64,000 bases of DNA, taken from assembly GCA_900299005.1 (NCBI GenBank), contig OMID01000062.1, forward strand, positions 38,543 to 102,542, read 5' to 3'. A program made the position numbers and the translations under genes. Below, one piece after another: positions 42,266 to 55,339 of this stretch (positions within the stretch are counted from its first letter, which is position 1; the number at the start of each line of letters is the position of its first letter). Source of the stretch: Oxalobacteraceae bacterium. GTDB lineage: Bacteria; Pseudomonadota; Gammaproteobacteria; Burkholderiales; Burkholderiaceae_D. The notes beneath the pieces are model-generated. The model worked only from the letters and a program-made list of their open reading frames with translations. It did no database searches and was not told where the DNA came from.

Positions 42266-43498
42266 ATGACAAAAGATGCGACAAACCTGATCGTCGGACT
42301 CGATATAGGCACCTCGAAGGTGGTGGCCGTCGTCGCCGAGGTGCTGCCCAACGGGCGGCATGAAGTGATTGGTCTTGGCCAGCATGATTCCAAGGGTCTG
42401 AAGAAGGGCGTGGTCGTTAACATCGAGGCGACAGTCGAATCGATACAGCGGGCGCTCGAAGAAGCCGAACTGATGGCTGACTGCCAGATCCGCAACGTCT
42501 GGACAGGCATTGCGGGTAGCCATATCCGCAGTTTCAATTCCAGTGGCATGGTCGCAATCAAGGACAAGGAAGTCACCGCGACGGATGTCGCGCGCGTGAT
42601 CGAGACGGCCAAGGCGGTCAATATTCCGACCGATCAGCAATTGCTGCATACAGTGCCGCAGGAATTCATCGTCGACAACCAGGAAGATGTGCGCGAACCC
42701 ATTGGCATGAGCGGCATACGTCTCGAAGTAAAAGTGCATATTGTGACGGGCGCTGTCTCGGCCGTGCAGAACATCGTCAAATGCGTTCGACGGTGCGGCC
42801 TTGAAGTAACCGACCTCATCCTGCAGCCGATGGCCTCTGCCGATTCGGTTCTCACCGCCGACGAGAAGGAATTGGGGGTAGTGCTGGTGGACATCGGCGG
42901 TGGCACAACGGATATCGCGATCTTCACCGAGGGAGCGATTCGTCACACCGCCGTGATACCCATTGCAGGGGACCAGATCACCAACGATATTGCGATGGCC
43001 TTGCGCACGCCAACGGCAGAGGCGGAAGAGATCAAGGTGCGTTATGGCATTGCCAAGCAGGTGCTGGCTGATCCCACCGATGTGTTCGATGTGCCGGGTC
43101 TTGGCGACCGGGGCGCGCGCACGCTCTCCCGACAGGCGCTGGCCGCTGTCATCGAGCCTCGCATTGAAGAACTGTTCTCTCTGGTACATCAGGTCGTGCG
43201 CGAGTCCGGTTATGAAGAAGTGCTCTCCTCCGGGATCGTGCTGACTGGCGGTAGCGCACTGATGCCCGGTATTGCCGAACTGGCAGAAGACATCTTCCTC
43301 AAGCCCGCCCGGGTCGGTACGCCCGACTACAGTGGCCAGCTGGCCGATGTTGTCCGCAGCCCCCGCTACTCGACGGTGCTCGGACTGCTGATGGAAGCCA
43401 AGCGTCAGTACCTGCGCGGTCAGGTGGTGGTGCGTCAAGGAGGGTCTGCAAAAGCGGTATGGCAGCGAATGAAGGAATGGTTCCTCGGGAATTTTTGA
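42266..43498 (+). CDS. ftsA: Cell division protein FtsA
   Basis: VGLDIGTSKV, KKGVVVNI, VDIGGGTTD, VLTGG, C-terminal amphipathic helix; start MTKD at 42266. Confidence 0.97.
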   Translation: MTKDATNLIVGLDIGTSKVVAVVAEVLPNGRHEVIGLGQHDSKGLKKGVVVNIEATVESIQRALEEAELMADCQIRNVWTGIAGSHIRSFNSSGMVAIKDKEVTATDVARVIETAKAVNIPTDQQLLHTVPQEFIVDNQEDVREPIGMSGIRLEVKVHIVTGAVSAVQNIVKCVRRCGLEVTDLILQPMASADSVLTADEKELGVVLVDIGGGTTDIAIFTEGAIRHTAVIPIAGDQITNDIAMALRTPTAEAEEIKVRYGIAKQVLADPTDVFDVPGLGDRGARTLSRQALAAVIEPRIEELFSLVHQVVRESGYEEVLSSGIVLTGGSALMPGIAELAEDIFLKPARVGTPDYSGQLADVVRSPRYSTVLGLLMEAKRQYLRGQVVVRQGGSAKAVWQRMKEWFLGNF

Positions 43499-43691
43499 TC
43501 AGGGGTCGGTGGGAGCAGCAAGCAGTGAGCCGAAGAAGCATGTAGCAGTCAAGCGGAATAAGGTGGCGCAGATCACGAGTCGCACAGACGCAAGGAGACG
43601 AAGTTTTGTATCAACTCGCAGTTGTCAGTTGCTAGCCGCCACGCCCTGTGCTGGCTAACGACTGGAAACTGCATCATTAAGGGAGCAAGCT

Positions 43692-44867
43692 ATGGAAATC
43701 GATATGCTGGAAACAACAAAAGGCACGATCATCAAAGTGGTAGGAGTCGGTGGTGCGGGCGGCAACGCTGTGCAGCACATGATCAACAAAGGCGTATCCG
43801 GGGTCGAATTCATTGTCGCCAACACGGATGCGCAAGCCTTGCACAACTCCAAGGCGCATAACGTGATCCAGATCGGCGAATCCGGTCTGGGCGCAGGCAT
43901 GAAGCCGGCGCTGGGGCGTCAGTTAGCCGAAGAAACCCGTGACCGTATCGAAGATGCGCTGCGGGGTGCGCACATGGTTTTCATCGCAGCAGGTATGGGG
44001 GGTGGCACGGGCACCGGCGCCGCACCGATCGTTGCGCAGGTTGCAAAAGAGCTGGGTGCGCTGACCGTCGCTGTCGTGTCCAAGCCGTTCACTTACGAAG
44101 GCAAGAAGTGCATGGATATCGCCAATGAAGGCCTTGACGAGCTGGGCAAACACGTCGATTCACTGATCGTGATTCTCAACGAGAAGCTCGAAGAGATCTA
44201 CGAAGACGACAGCATGGTCGAGTGGCTGCAGCATGCCGACGATGTGCTCAACAATGCGGTGGCCGGCATTGCTGAAATCATTAATGTGCCGGGCCATATC
44301 AACGTGGACTTCAACGATGTGAAAACCATCATGGCTGAGCAGGGCAAGGCGATGATGGGCACGGCAGTCGCCGCTGGCGTAGACCGTGCGCGCATCGCTG
44401 CCGAGCAGGCGATCGCGTCGCCGCTATTGGATGGCATCGATCTTTCTGGTGCGCGTGGCGTGCTGGTCAATGTGACGGGTAGTCGTTCGCTCAAGGGCAA
44501 GGAGATCAAGGAAGTCATGGCCACCGTGCGCGCCTTCGCCGCCGAAGACGCGTCGATTGCCCAGGGGATTGCCTATGATGAATCGATGGGTGACGAGATT
44601 CGCGTCACGGTCGTCGCGACCGGCCTGGGCCGCGCACGTCGCACCCCGCAATTGGTCTCCAATCCCGTCGCCGTGCAGCGCACTGGCACCTACAACGAGC
44701 CTGTTGCGGGCAGCGATGCGGTACCCGGCGCGAACCAGACTTTTGATCCCATTCGCACACCGGCCGTCTGGCGTCGTGAATCAGCCTCTGAGACAGTGCG
44801 TGCCATGGAGCGCAACGGCACGGAAACCTACGATATCCCGGCGTTTTTGCGGCGGCAAGCGGATTGA
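43692..44867 (+). CDS. ftsZ: Cell division protein FtsZ
   Basis: VVGVGGAGGNA, GMGGGTGTG tubulin signature, DIPAFLRRQAD tail. Confidence 0.98.
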   Translation: MEIDMLETTKGTIIKVVGVGGAGGNAVQHMINKGVSGVEFIVANTDAQALHNSKAHNVIQIGESGLGAGMKPALGRQLAEETRDRIEDALRGAHMVFIAAGMGGGTGTGAAPIVAQVAKELGALTVAVVSKPFTYEGKKCMDIANEGLDELGKHVDSLIVILNEKLEEIYEDDSMVEWLQHADDVLNNAVAGIAEIINVPGHINVDFNDVKTIMAEQGKAMMGTAVAAGVDRARIAAEQAIASPLLDGIDLSGARGVLVNVTGSRSLKGKEIKEVMATVRAFAAEDASIAQGIAYDESMGDEIRVTVVATGLGRARRTPQLVSNPVAVQRTGTYNEPVAGSDAVPGANQTFDPIRTPAVWRRESASETVRAMERNGTETYDIPAFLRRQAD

Positions 44868-45006
44868 GCCAGTCGCAGGGCTGCAAGAAACTGGCAGGCA
44901 AGGCATACTAGCGCCGAGCAACCGCGTCCGATGGCAACATCCGGGCGCGGTTTCATTTCCCGCCTCGCGCCACCTCCATGTCCTGTTCATAGAAAGGGAA
45001 GAGAAA

Positions 45007-45510
45007 ATGACCATCAAAGTCGGAGACCATCTGCCTGAAGGCAAACTCGCCGAGTTCATCGAAACCGAAACCGAAGGTTGCACGCTCGGACCGAACACGT
45101 TCAACGTATCTGACCTAGTCAAGGGCAAGACAATCGCCATTTTTGGTCTGCCAGGGGCTTATACGCCGACCTGTTCGGCCAAACATGTGCCCGGCTACGT
45201 CGAGCATGAAAAGGCCCTCAAGGCCAAAGGCGTCGATGAAATCTGGTGCATCTCGGTCAATGATGCGTTCGTGATGGGCGCATGGGGCCGCGATCAAAAG
45301 GCAACCGGCATCGTACGTATGATGGCTGATGGCAATGCCGATTTTTCAAAGGCGATTGGCTTGTCCGCCGACTTTAGTCAATTCGGCATGGGCACACGCT
45401 CGCAACGCTATTCGATGCTGGTAAAAGATGGCGTTGTCGAGCACCTCAATGTCGAAGCCCCCGGCAAATTTGAAGTGTCGAACGCCGAAACCATGCTCGC
45501 CCAGCTCTAG
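45007..45510 (+). CDS. Peroxiredoxin (Prx5-like)
   Basis: PGAYTPTCS, SVNDAFVM, RSQRYSM; start MTIKVGD at 45007. Confidence 0.93.
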   Translation: MTIKVGDHLPEGKLAEFIETETEGCTLGPNTFNVSDLVKGKTIAIFGLPGAYTPTCSAKHVPGYVEHEKALKAKGVDEIWCISVNDAFVMGAWGRDQKATGIVRMMADGNADFSKAIGLSADFSQFGMGTRSQRYSMLVKDGVVEHLNVEAPGKFEVSNAETMLAQL

Positions 45511-45639
45511 GAAGAGACTGAAAAACCCCCTGTGATGACGAACGAGCACCGCTGTGCGACGTGGGGGCCTGCCACATCAAAGACTTGCAGTGATACCCCA
45601 AAGGAGAAATCTTGCGGTGTTTGATCAACCAGCGTTTCC
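45511..45639 (+). mobile_element. MITE-like dispersed repeat, copy E
   Basis: 129 bp; preceded by CTAG (contains the peroxiredoxin stop codon), ends CAGCGTTTCC; 55/65 identical to the copy B core. Confidence 0.8.
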
Positions 45640-45672
45640 CCGGCAGCGGACCAGACTAATGGCAGGCCGCCA

Positions 45673-46608
45673 ATGATCCGACAACGCACCATCAACCAGA
45701 CCGTCAGCACCACGGGTGTCGGCCTGCACTGTGGCACGCGCGTTGAGTTGACGTTGCGGCCGGCCCCGGTGAACGCCGGCATCGTATTCCGACGTGTCGA
45801 TGTGAACCCGCCCGTTGAACTGCCGGCCAATGCGCTGGCTGTTGGCGACACTCGCATGGCATCGGTGCTGGAAAAAGAAGGTGTCCGTGTCTCCACTGTT
45901 GAGCACCTCATGTCGGCCTGTGCAGGCCTGGGCATCGACAACCTCTGTGTCGATCTCACGGCAGAAGAGATTCCCATTATGGATGGCTCGGCAGCTTCCT
46001 TCGTTTTTTTGTTGCAGCAGGCCGGTCGCAGCGAGCAGGATGCAGCGAAAAAATTCATCCGCGTGCTCCGACCGGTGGAAGTCCGCGAGGGCGAAGGCGC
46101 GCACGAGAAGTGGGCTCGCCTGGAGCCTTGCCATGGATTTCGGCTCAAGTTCTTCATTGAGTTCAATCATCCTGCCATTGATGGCAGCGGTCAGACCGCC
46201 GAGGTTGATCTCTCGTTCGAGTCGTACATTCAGGAAATCGCGCGGGCGCGTACCTTTGGTTTCATGCAAGACGTGGAAACCTTGCGTGGCATGGGTCTGG
46301 CCCGCGGCGGTTCTCTCGAAAATGCGATCGTGATGGACGAGTTCCGGATTCTTAATGCCGGCGGCCTGCGCTACCGTAACGAATTCGTTCGCCACAAGAT
46401 TCTTGATGCCATGGGTGACCTGTATCTGGCCGGACATCCGCTGCTCGCCAGTTACACGGCGCACAAATCAGGCCATGGATTAAACAATAAATTGCTGCGT
46501 GCGCTGCTCGCCGACGATACCGCGTACGACATCGTCACGTTCAATAATGCAGCCGCGGCACCCGCCGCATACTCGACGCAGCTGGAACAGGAATGGCTTG
46601 CCGCCTGA
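45673..46608 (+). CDS. lpxC: UDP-3-O-acyl-N-acetylglucosamine deacetylase
   Basis: [45 protein letters not shown]. Confidence 0.97.
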   Translation: MIRQRTINQTVSTTGVGLHCGTRVELTLRPAPVNAGIVFRRVDVNPPVELPANALAVGDTRMASVLEKEGVRVSTVEHLMSACAGLGIDNLCVDLTAEEIPIMDGSAASFVFLLQQAGRSEQDAAKKFIRVLRPVEVREGEGAHEKWARLEPCHGFRLKFFIEFNHPAIDGSGQTAEVDLSFESYIQEIARARTFGFMQDVETLRGMGLARGGSLENAIVMDEFRILNAGGLRYRNEFVRHKILDAMGDLYLAGHPLLASYTAHKSGHGLNNKLLRALLADDTAYDIVTFNNAAAAPAAYSTQLEQEWLAA

Positions 46609-46639
46609 TCGCGCACTGGGCCACCTGCATGCCGCATCC

Positions 46640-47536
46640 TTGAGCGATCTTCCCCCCTCGAACCAGGAGCCTCGCTTCGCACTGGCCTCACTGCTGACCG
46701 GTAGCGTGATCTGGGGGTTTACCTGGCTGCCACTGAAGTATTTTGCCAATGTCGGTCTGGATGGTCATGCCGTCTCGCTCACCGCCTACGTGCTGGTCGC
46801 GCTGGTGGCGCTACCGTTCATCTGGCGTGAACGTGGCCAATGGCGCAGTGAGACCCACTGGCTGATAGTCATCGGTCTGTGCTTTGGCATCGCCAATGTG
46901 GGCCTGACGATTGCGCTGATGTCCGGATCGGTGGTGCGGGTGATGTTGCTGTTTTTTCTGTTGCCGGCTTGGGGTGCACTCGGCGGCGCAGTTTTTCTGA
47001 ACGAATCGCTGGACCGTCGCCGGGTGGCGGCCGTCGTCTTGTCGCTGGCCGGCGTGTTCGTGATCGTGGGCGGCGTACGCGCGCTGGAGGGGTTGCCCAC
47101 GGTCGCTGATCTTGCGGCATTCATCGCGGGTATCAGCTACACCGGTGCCGGCATAGCCAACCGCAAGGCCCGACGCATACCCATCACCAGCCGAACGCTT
47201 TCCTCTTTTGTCGGTTGCGCGGTGCTGGCCGTGGCGGGGCTGGCGGTGTCGTCTCCTGCCATTCCCGGCTTGTCGCCGATGATCTGGTGGCTGCTCGCCG
47301 GATTCTCTTTTTGCTGGTTGCTCGGCGCTGGTTTGCTGACCACCTATGGCCTCACGCATGTGCAGGCCAGTCGGGCAGCGGTGTTTCAGATTGTCGAGCT
47401 GCTGGTGGCGGTAGTGTCGGCAGTACTGATAGGCAAAGAGCTGCTGACCTTGAGCGATTATGCGGGTGGCGCGCTCATTCTGGCAGCCACGATCATTGAG
47501 GCATTGCCAAGATCGGTGCAGTCATCCCTTGCCTGA
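46640..47536 (+). CDS. DMT/EamA family transporter
   Basis: GSVIWG...PLK, LFFLLPAW...FLNESL, two EamA-like halves; start uncertain (TTG 46640). Confidence 0.82.
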   Translation: MSDLPPSNQEPRFALASLLTGSVIWGFTWLPLKYFANVGLDGHAVSLTAYVLVALVALPFIWRERGQWRSETHWLIVIGLCFGIANVGLTIALMSGSVVRVMLLFFLLPAWGALGGAVFLNESLDRRRVAAVVLSLAGVFVIVGGVRALEGLPTVADLAAFIAGISYTGAGIANRKARRIPITSRTLSSFVGCAVLAVAGLAVSSPAIPGLSPMIWWLLAGFSFCWLLGAGLLTTYGLTHVQASRAAVFQIVELLVAVVSAVLIGKELLTLSDYAGGALILAATIIEALPRSVQSSLA

Positions 47537-48031
47537 ATAGGGGGCGCGGCGCGCCAGCAGGGTGCGCAAGGCATGGCGTAATTCCGCATTGCGTGGATCC
47601 TGTTCGAGCGTGGTTTCCAGCTCGGCGAAGGAGGCCAGCGCGGCGTTCGGCAGATCCTGCTTTTTTGGTGCGGGTGGCCTTGGCAGGCGCTCAGGCATCA
47701 CCTGTACCTTGAGCCGAATGTCTTCGATGGGCCAGCCGTTTTCCCTGAGACCGGCGGCGAGCCGAGGAAGTTGTTGCCGCAGCCGAGTGGCCAAGGCTGC
47801 GTTCGGCACCGCGATCTGCAGCTGCCCCTTATCCAGATGCACGACGCGGCACAACGCGAGCGTCTGCGGCTGCAAGCGTTCGCAGGCCTGCTGCAACTGT
47901 GCAAGCCGGCTGGCCGTGGGCAGCAGGCCACCAAGTCTGTCGGTCGATCGCAAAAAATCCATGGCCTCACGCGCATCGGTGCGGGCCTCCGGGCGGCGAA
48001 AAGGCGTGAAATTCGGCGAAAACTTGGACAT
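47522..48031 (-). CDS. dciA: DUF721 / DciA-like protein
   Basis: LQIAVPNAALATRLRQQLPRL...IRLKVQ; standard position between lpxC and secA; start ~48031. Confidence 0.8.
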   Translation of the reverse strand: MSKFSPNFTPFRRPEARTDAREAMDFLRSTDRLGGLLPTASRLAQLQQACERLQPQTLALCRVVHLDKGQLQIAVPNAALATRLRQQLPRLAAGLRENGWPIEDIRLKVQVMPERLPRPPAPKKQDLPNAALASFAELETTLEQDPRNAELRHALRTLLARRAPYSGKG

Positions 48032-48161
48032 CCGGCGACCATAGCACAGGCGATCATGCTCGGGTGGGGGTCGTACGGTTGGCAAGGGGCTGCGTGATAG
48101 AATCGCGCCTTTCGCTGTCGGGCGGGCGCCTGCAGCAAGCCTCCTTTTCCGCTAGCAAAGC

Positions 48162-50915
<2,754 letters not shown>

Positions 50916-51101
50916 TCTGGCAGCCAGTGGCCAAGGTGACGACGTAAAGACGCCGGACCCCGGCGGCTGCCGGGACGACGGTTCAGGCCGTCGGCGATGT
51001 CAGTCCTCCCCTCGACGCAAGTCGGGAGCGGGGGCTACTTTGGCACTTGGCTGGTGCCGCAGGCAGGACAAGCTCACCCTTTTGACCCCACAGGTATCCT
51101 C

Positions 51102-52328
51102 ATGGCAGTCAATCTTCCCTTACCCATTCCCGAGCATCTCACCCCGATCAAAGGGCTGCAGCTGGGTTGCGCCGAAGCCGGCATCAAGAAGCCCGGCCGC
51201 AAAGACCTCCTGCTGATGACGCTGGCACCCACGGCAACGGTCGCCGGGGTATTCACGACCAACCGCTTTTGTGCCGCGCCAGTGCAGGTATCGAAACAGC
51301 ATCTGGCAAGTGGCAAAGGGATTCGGGCACTGGTGATCAACACCGGCAATGCCAATGCCGGCACCGGCGAGCCAGGACTGGTGAATGCGAACATGACCTG
51401 TAATGCGGTCGCCACGCTGCTGGGCTGCGATGCGGCGCAAGTACTGCCGTTTTCAACGGGGGTGATTCTTGAGCCCCTGCCGGTGGATCGCATCCTTGCT
51501 GGCCTGCCGGCTGCGCAGGCGAACATGAAAGAGGACAACTGGTACAACGCAGCGGAATGCATCATGACGACGGACACCCAGCCGAAGGCAGCTTCCCGTA
51601 CGGCTGTAATTGCAGGCAAGGCGGTGACGCTTACGGGTATTTCCAAAGGTGCCGGCATGATCAAGCCCAACATGGCGACCATGCTGGGCTATGTTGCCTG
51701 CGATGCCACAGTACCCCAGCCAGTGCTCGAGCAGATTGTCCGACGCGCCGCCGATGCTTCGTTCAATTGCATCACGATTGATGGTGACACCTCGACCAAT
51801 GATTCGTTCATATTGATCGCAACGGGTGCTGGCGAATTGATCATCCGTGACGCAGAGGCTCCCGAATGCAAGGCACTCGAAGCGGTCATTATGGATTTGT
51901 CCCAGGAACTCGCGCAGATGATCGTTCGTGACGGCGAGGGCGCGACCAAATTCATCACCGTGCGCGTCGAGCAAGGGCGCGATGTGGAGGAATGCCGCAA
52001 GATCGCCTACGCGATCGGCCATTCGCCGCTGGTGAAAACAGCTTTCTTTGCATCGGATCCGAACCTTGGCCGCATTCTTGCGGCCATCGGCTATGCGGGC
52101 GTGACCGATCTCGATGTGGGCATGCTGGATCTGTATCTGGATGATGTGTGGGTTGCCAGACAAGGTGGGCGCCATCCGGACTACCGTGAAGAAGAGGGAC
52201 AGCGCGTGATGAAGCAGAGCGAGATCACCGTGCGGGTTACACTGGCACGTGGCACGGCTTCGGCAACCATCTGGACATGCGATCTGTCGCATGACTATGT
52301 GTCTATCAATGCAGACTACCGTTCCTGA
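51102..52328 (+). CDS. argJ: Bifunctional ornithine acetyltransferase / N-acetylglutamate synthase
   Basis: [52 protein letters not shown]; start 51102. Confidence 0.96.
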   Translation: MAVNLPLPIPEHLTPIKGLQLGCAEAGIKKPGRKDLLLMTLAPTATVAGVFTTNRFCAAPVQVSKQHLASGKGIRALVINTGNANAGTGEPGLVNANMTCNAVATLLGCDAAQVLPFSTGVILEPLPVDRILAGLPAAQANMKEDNWYNAAECIMTTDTQPKAASRTAVIAGKAVTLTGISKGAGMIKPNMATMLGYVACDATVPQPVLEQIVRRAADASFNCITIDGDTSTNDSFILIATGAGELIIRDAEAPECKALEAVIMDLSQELAQMIVRDGEGATKFITVRVEQGRDVEECRKIAYAIGHSPLVKTAFFASDPNLGRILAAIGYAGVTDLDVGMLDLYLDDVWVARQGGRHPDYREEEGQRVMKQSEITVRVTLARGTASATIWTCDLSHDYVSINADYRS

Positions 52329-52438
52329 TCGCTCATTTGCCGGCCTATTTTTAAAATCTCTGGATACTGGTCAGTTCCCCGCGAGGGCTGGAGACTCGCC
52401 GTTGCCCAGTGTCGTTCCCGAACCAGAACAACAACGAC

Positions 52439-53305
52439 ATGAAAGAACTCGAACAATTTCTCCTTCGCGCCGAATCGGTGCTTGCGCGTGTGGAGAAGCT
52501 GCTACCCGCTCCAGCACCCGAGATCGATTGGAGTGCGACAGCCTTCCGCTGGCGCGTGAATCGTGATAGCCGCGGCCATCTGCAGGCGGTACCGCATCCC
52601 TCGCGCATCCGTCTTGAAGACTTGCGCAATATCGCTCCACAAAAACACGCAATCGAGCAGAATACAAAGCAATTCCTGGAGGGTCGCCCGGCTAACAATG
52701 TGTTGCTGACCGGTGCGCGCGGCACAGGCAAATCCTCGTTGATCAAGGCTTGTCTGGCGCAATTTGCGGATCAGGGGTTGCGGCTGATCGAGGTCGATAA
52801 AGCGCATCTGGTTGATCTGCCCGATATTGTCGAGCTGATTGAACAGCGCGACGAGCGTTTCATCCTCTTCTGCGATGACCTCTCATTTGAGGAAGGTGAG
52901 AGCGGCTACAAGGCACTGAAGGTGGCATTGGATGGCAGCATCTCATCACAGTCTGACAATGTGCTGATTTACGCGACCTCGAATCGCCGTCATTTGCTGC
53001 CAGAAAAAATATCGGATAACGACGGCTATCGGCATGTCGATGATGGTGACTTGCATCCGGGTGAGACGGTCGAAGAAAAAATTTCTCTCTCCGAGCGTTT
53101 CGGACTGTGGCTCTCCTTCTACCCTTTCCGCCAGGAGGATTATCTCGATATCGTCCATCATTGGCTCAGGCATTTTGGCGTGCCATCGTCGGCGTTCGAC
53201 GAGGCGGATGCCGAGGCCTTGCGCTGGGCCTTGCAGCGCGGCTCACGCTCGGGACGTATCGCCTGGCAATTTGCACGCGACTGGGCCGGCAAGCGCACCG
53301 CATAA
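52439..53305 (+). CDS. DUF815-type AAA+ ATPase
   Basis: LLTGARGTGKSS, FCDDLSF, YATSNRRHL, KISLSERFGLW, RSGRIAWQF. Confidence 0.9.
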   Translation: MKELEQFLLRAESVLARVEKLLPAPAPEIDWSATAFRWRVNRDSRGHLQAVPHPSRIRLEDLRNIAPQKHAIEQNTKQFLEGRPANNVLLTGARGTGKSSLIKACLAQFADQGLRLIEVDKAHLVDLPDIVELIEQRDERFILFCDDLSFEEGESGYKALKVALDGSISSQSDNVLIYATSNRRHLLPEKISDNDGYRHVDDGDLHPGETVEEKISLSERFGLWLSFYPFRQEDYLDIVHHWLRHFGVPSSAFDEADAEALRWALQRGSRSGRIAWQFARDWAGKRTA

Positions 53306-53307
53306 CC

Positions 53308-53706
53308 ATGACCAAGCCGATTGATGTCGCCGTTGGCATCCTGATGAAGCCTAATGGCGATGTGCTGATGGGCCAACGTCCCGAAGGCAAGCCGTATGCA
53401 GGGTATTGGGAATTCCCGGGCGGTAAAGTCGAAACTGGCGAGAGCGTACTTGATGCGCTCAAGCGCGAATTTGCCGAAGAGATCGGCGTGCAGATTCTCG
53501 CTGCAGAGCCCTGGTGCGGCGTCGAGCATGTGTATCCCCATGCGCATGTGCGACTGCATTTTTATATCAGCCGTTGCTGGCAGGGTGAGCCGCATGGGCT
53601 CGAAGGTCAACAACTGGCCTGGCAGGGAAGCTTTGAGGTGACGCCAATGCTGCCGGCGACCCTGCCCTTGCTGCAGTGGCTGGAGGTGCAGCGATGCCCA
53701 GGCTGA
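53308..53706 (+). CDS. Nudix hydrolase, MutT-like
   Basis: QRPEGKPYAGYWEFPGGKVE...LKREFAEEIG; start MTKPIDVAVG at 53308. Confidence 0.9.
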   Translation: MTKPIDVAVGILMKPNGDVLMGQRPEGKPYAGYWEFPGGKVETGESVLDALKREFAEEIGVQILAAEPWCGVEHVYPHAHVRLHFYISRCWQGEPHGLEGQQLAWQGSFEVTPMLPATLPLLQWLEVQRCPG

Positions 53707-53760
53707 CCCATCAGCGTGCCGCGCTGTTGGCAGGCCGATGATCAAGACATGAGCGCTGCC

Positions 53761-54048
53761 TCAGGCGGACCTGTCCGGTTGCCAGCTGATGCGGATATCG
53801 CTCGCCGCTCCGCCTCCCATCACCGGGCTTGCCTGAGCCATGAATATCACGCTTGCATTGGGTGTGGGCGTCTGCTGGGTCATCGGATGTGCAATCGTAT
53901 TGAGAGTCGTATCGGTGTAATGGGCTGATTGCGGATATTTCTCGATTGAAAAGTGCCAGTGCTTTCTTTCCATCGTCTTTTCTATTTTTTCAGTCCACTC
54001 GCCAGGGGCGTTAATGCTTCCGCGAAAAATCAATGTGCTGACATCCAT
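53761..54048 (-). CDS. Hypothetical protein (95 aa, orphan)
   Basis: AAGGAG RBS 6 nt before ATG; fills an intergenic gap; no recognisable motif. Confidence 0.45.
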   Translation of the reverse strand: MDVSTLIFRGSINAPGEWTEKIEKTMERKHWHFSIEKYPQSAHYTDTTLNTIAHPMTQQTPTPNASVIFMAQASPVMGGGAASDIRISWQPDRSA

Positions 54049-54141
54049 GAGAGCTCCTTGTAATCGTCAACCATGATGATGGCGAGAAGTGATCCTCTGT
54101 AGACCAACGGCTCTCCCGATGATGCCTCGATGGTGTGCTAG

Positions 54142-54272
54142 GCACATGATGATGCATGAAGCACCGCCAGATTGCTTCTTTGGGAAATCCCTGCGCGCCT
54201 TTGACAAGGCAGGCTCGCGTGTCGCACTGCGATGCGGTCTCGCCATAACATGGGGTATTTTTCAGCGCCTAC
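54142..54272 (-). mobile_element. MITE-like dispersed repeat, copy F
   Basis: Minus strand GCGCTGAAAAATACCCCATGTTATGGCGAG...ATTTCCCAAAGAAGCAATCTGGCGGTGCTT (26/30 to the copy B core); flanked by CTAG at 54138-54141. Confidence 0.75.
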
Positions 54273-54291
54273 CTGGCGGGTATTGCGGGCC

Positions 54292-54486
54292 TCAGAGGGC
54301 GGTTTGATCATCGGCGTTCTGACCGATGTTTTCCTGTTCGGATTTGGCTGGTATCACGTATTTTTCTTCCGCCCACGCACCCAAATCGATCTGTTTGCAC
54401 CGCTCGCTGCAGAAGGGTCGATACTTGTTTGTCTCTGTCCATTCGACCTTCTTGCTACAGGTCGGACAATCGACGGCCGTCACCAT
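54292..54486 (-). CDS. yacG: DNA gyrase inhibitor YacG
   Basis: CPTC...[21 protein letters not shown]. Confidence 0.93.
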   Translation of the reverse strand: MVTAVDCPTCSKKVEWTETNKYRPFCSERCKQIDLGAWAEEKYVIPAKSEQENIGQNADDQTAL

Positions 54487-54495
54487 GATGAAGAA

Positions 54496-55251
54496 TCAGA
54501 AATTGCAGAGCGTGAGATCGAAGGGAACGTCGCCTTCATAGGCCTTGGGCTTGTTGTCACCCCCCTGGCTGGTGAAACGTATCCACAGCACATACTTGTT
54601 GGCCGAGATTTCCGGGATGGCTGCCAGCGAGGGATCGATGCTCACCCGCAGCAATTGATAGGTGCGGCCTTGCAGCATCTGCTGGAAGCTGCCGGCAGTG
54701 GCGACGATATGCGTTGCGCGACCAGACTCTCGGAGCAAGCGCAGAATGATGGTCAGCGCTGAGAACAGGGGTTCCAGCGGCGCGAACCAGCCGCTGATAT
54801 CCGCGCGACGCTGATCTGCCGATTGCTGCTGCCACGCATGATAGGACGGCAGGTCGAATTCACAGGCGCCGCCGGGGATGATGGTACGGCCTCGTATGCT
54901 CATCAACCATTCATTGTCACGGATGTGCTGCCCGGTTTTGCCCTGCATGCCGATCAGGGCGGCGCTGGTCATCTCGATGTCCGACAAAATTTCGTTGAGA
55001 CGCGCACTTTCGACATTCGGATTGGATTTGAAACCGATCAGCGTTTGCTTTTGACGCTCAAGTTCTTGCAAGAGATCGGATTTCAGATCAGCACGTCCGG
55101 CAACCTCGAGCATTTCGTAGATGGTTGCGAGCGCGACATGGTGCTGTAGCGGATGATCCTGCGCGACGAAGAACCGGTATTTCTCATACAGGTCTTCAAG
55201 CCGCAGCAAGGTGCGAATACGCTCATTGAAAGGGTATTCGTAAACGGTCAA
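54496..55251 (-). CDS. zapD: Cell division protein ZapD
   Basis: [48 protein letters not shown]. Confidence 0.95.
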   Translation of the reverse strand: MTVYEYPFNERIRTLLRLEDLYEKYRFFVAQDHPLQHHVALATIYEMLEVAGRADLKSDLLQELERQKQTLIGFKSNPNVESARLNEILSDIEMTSAALIGMQGKTGQHIRDNEWLMSIRGRTIIPGGACEFDLPSYHAWQQQSADQRRADISGWFAPLEPLFSALTIILRLLRESGRATHIVATAGSFQQMLQGRTYQLLRVSIDPSLAAIPEISANKYVLWIRFTSQGGDNKPKAYEGDVPFDLTLCNF

Positions 55252-55339
55252 GGCGGCATTCCTCGCGAGTTGGCCAGCGTAATAACGTGATTCTGACCCA
55301 AGCAGTCGGAAATTACAAACATCTTGCCGCTCAAAGAAC

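Noticed and set aside
42044-43438. 464-aa minus-strand ORF
   Set aside because: Antisense shadow of ftsA.
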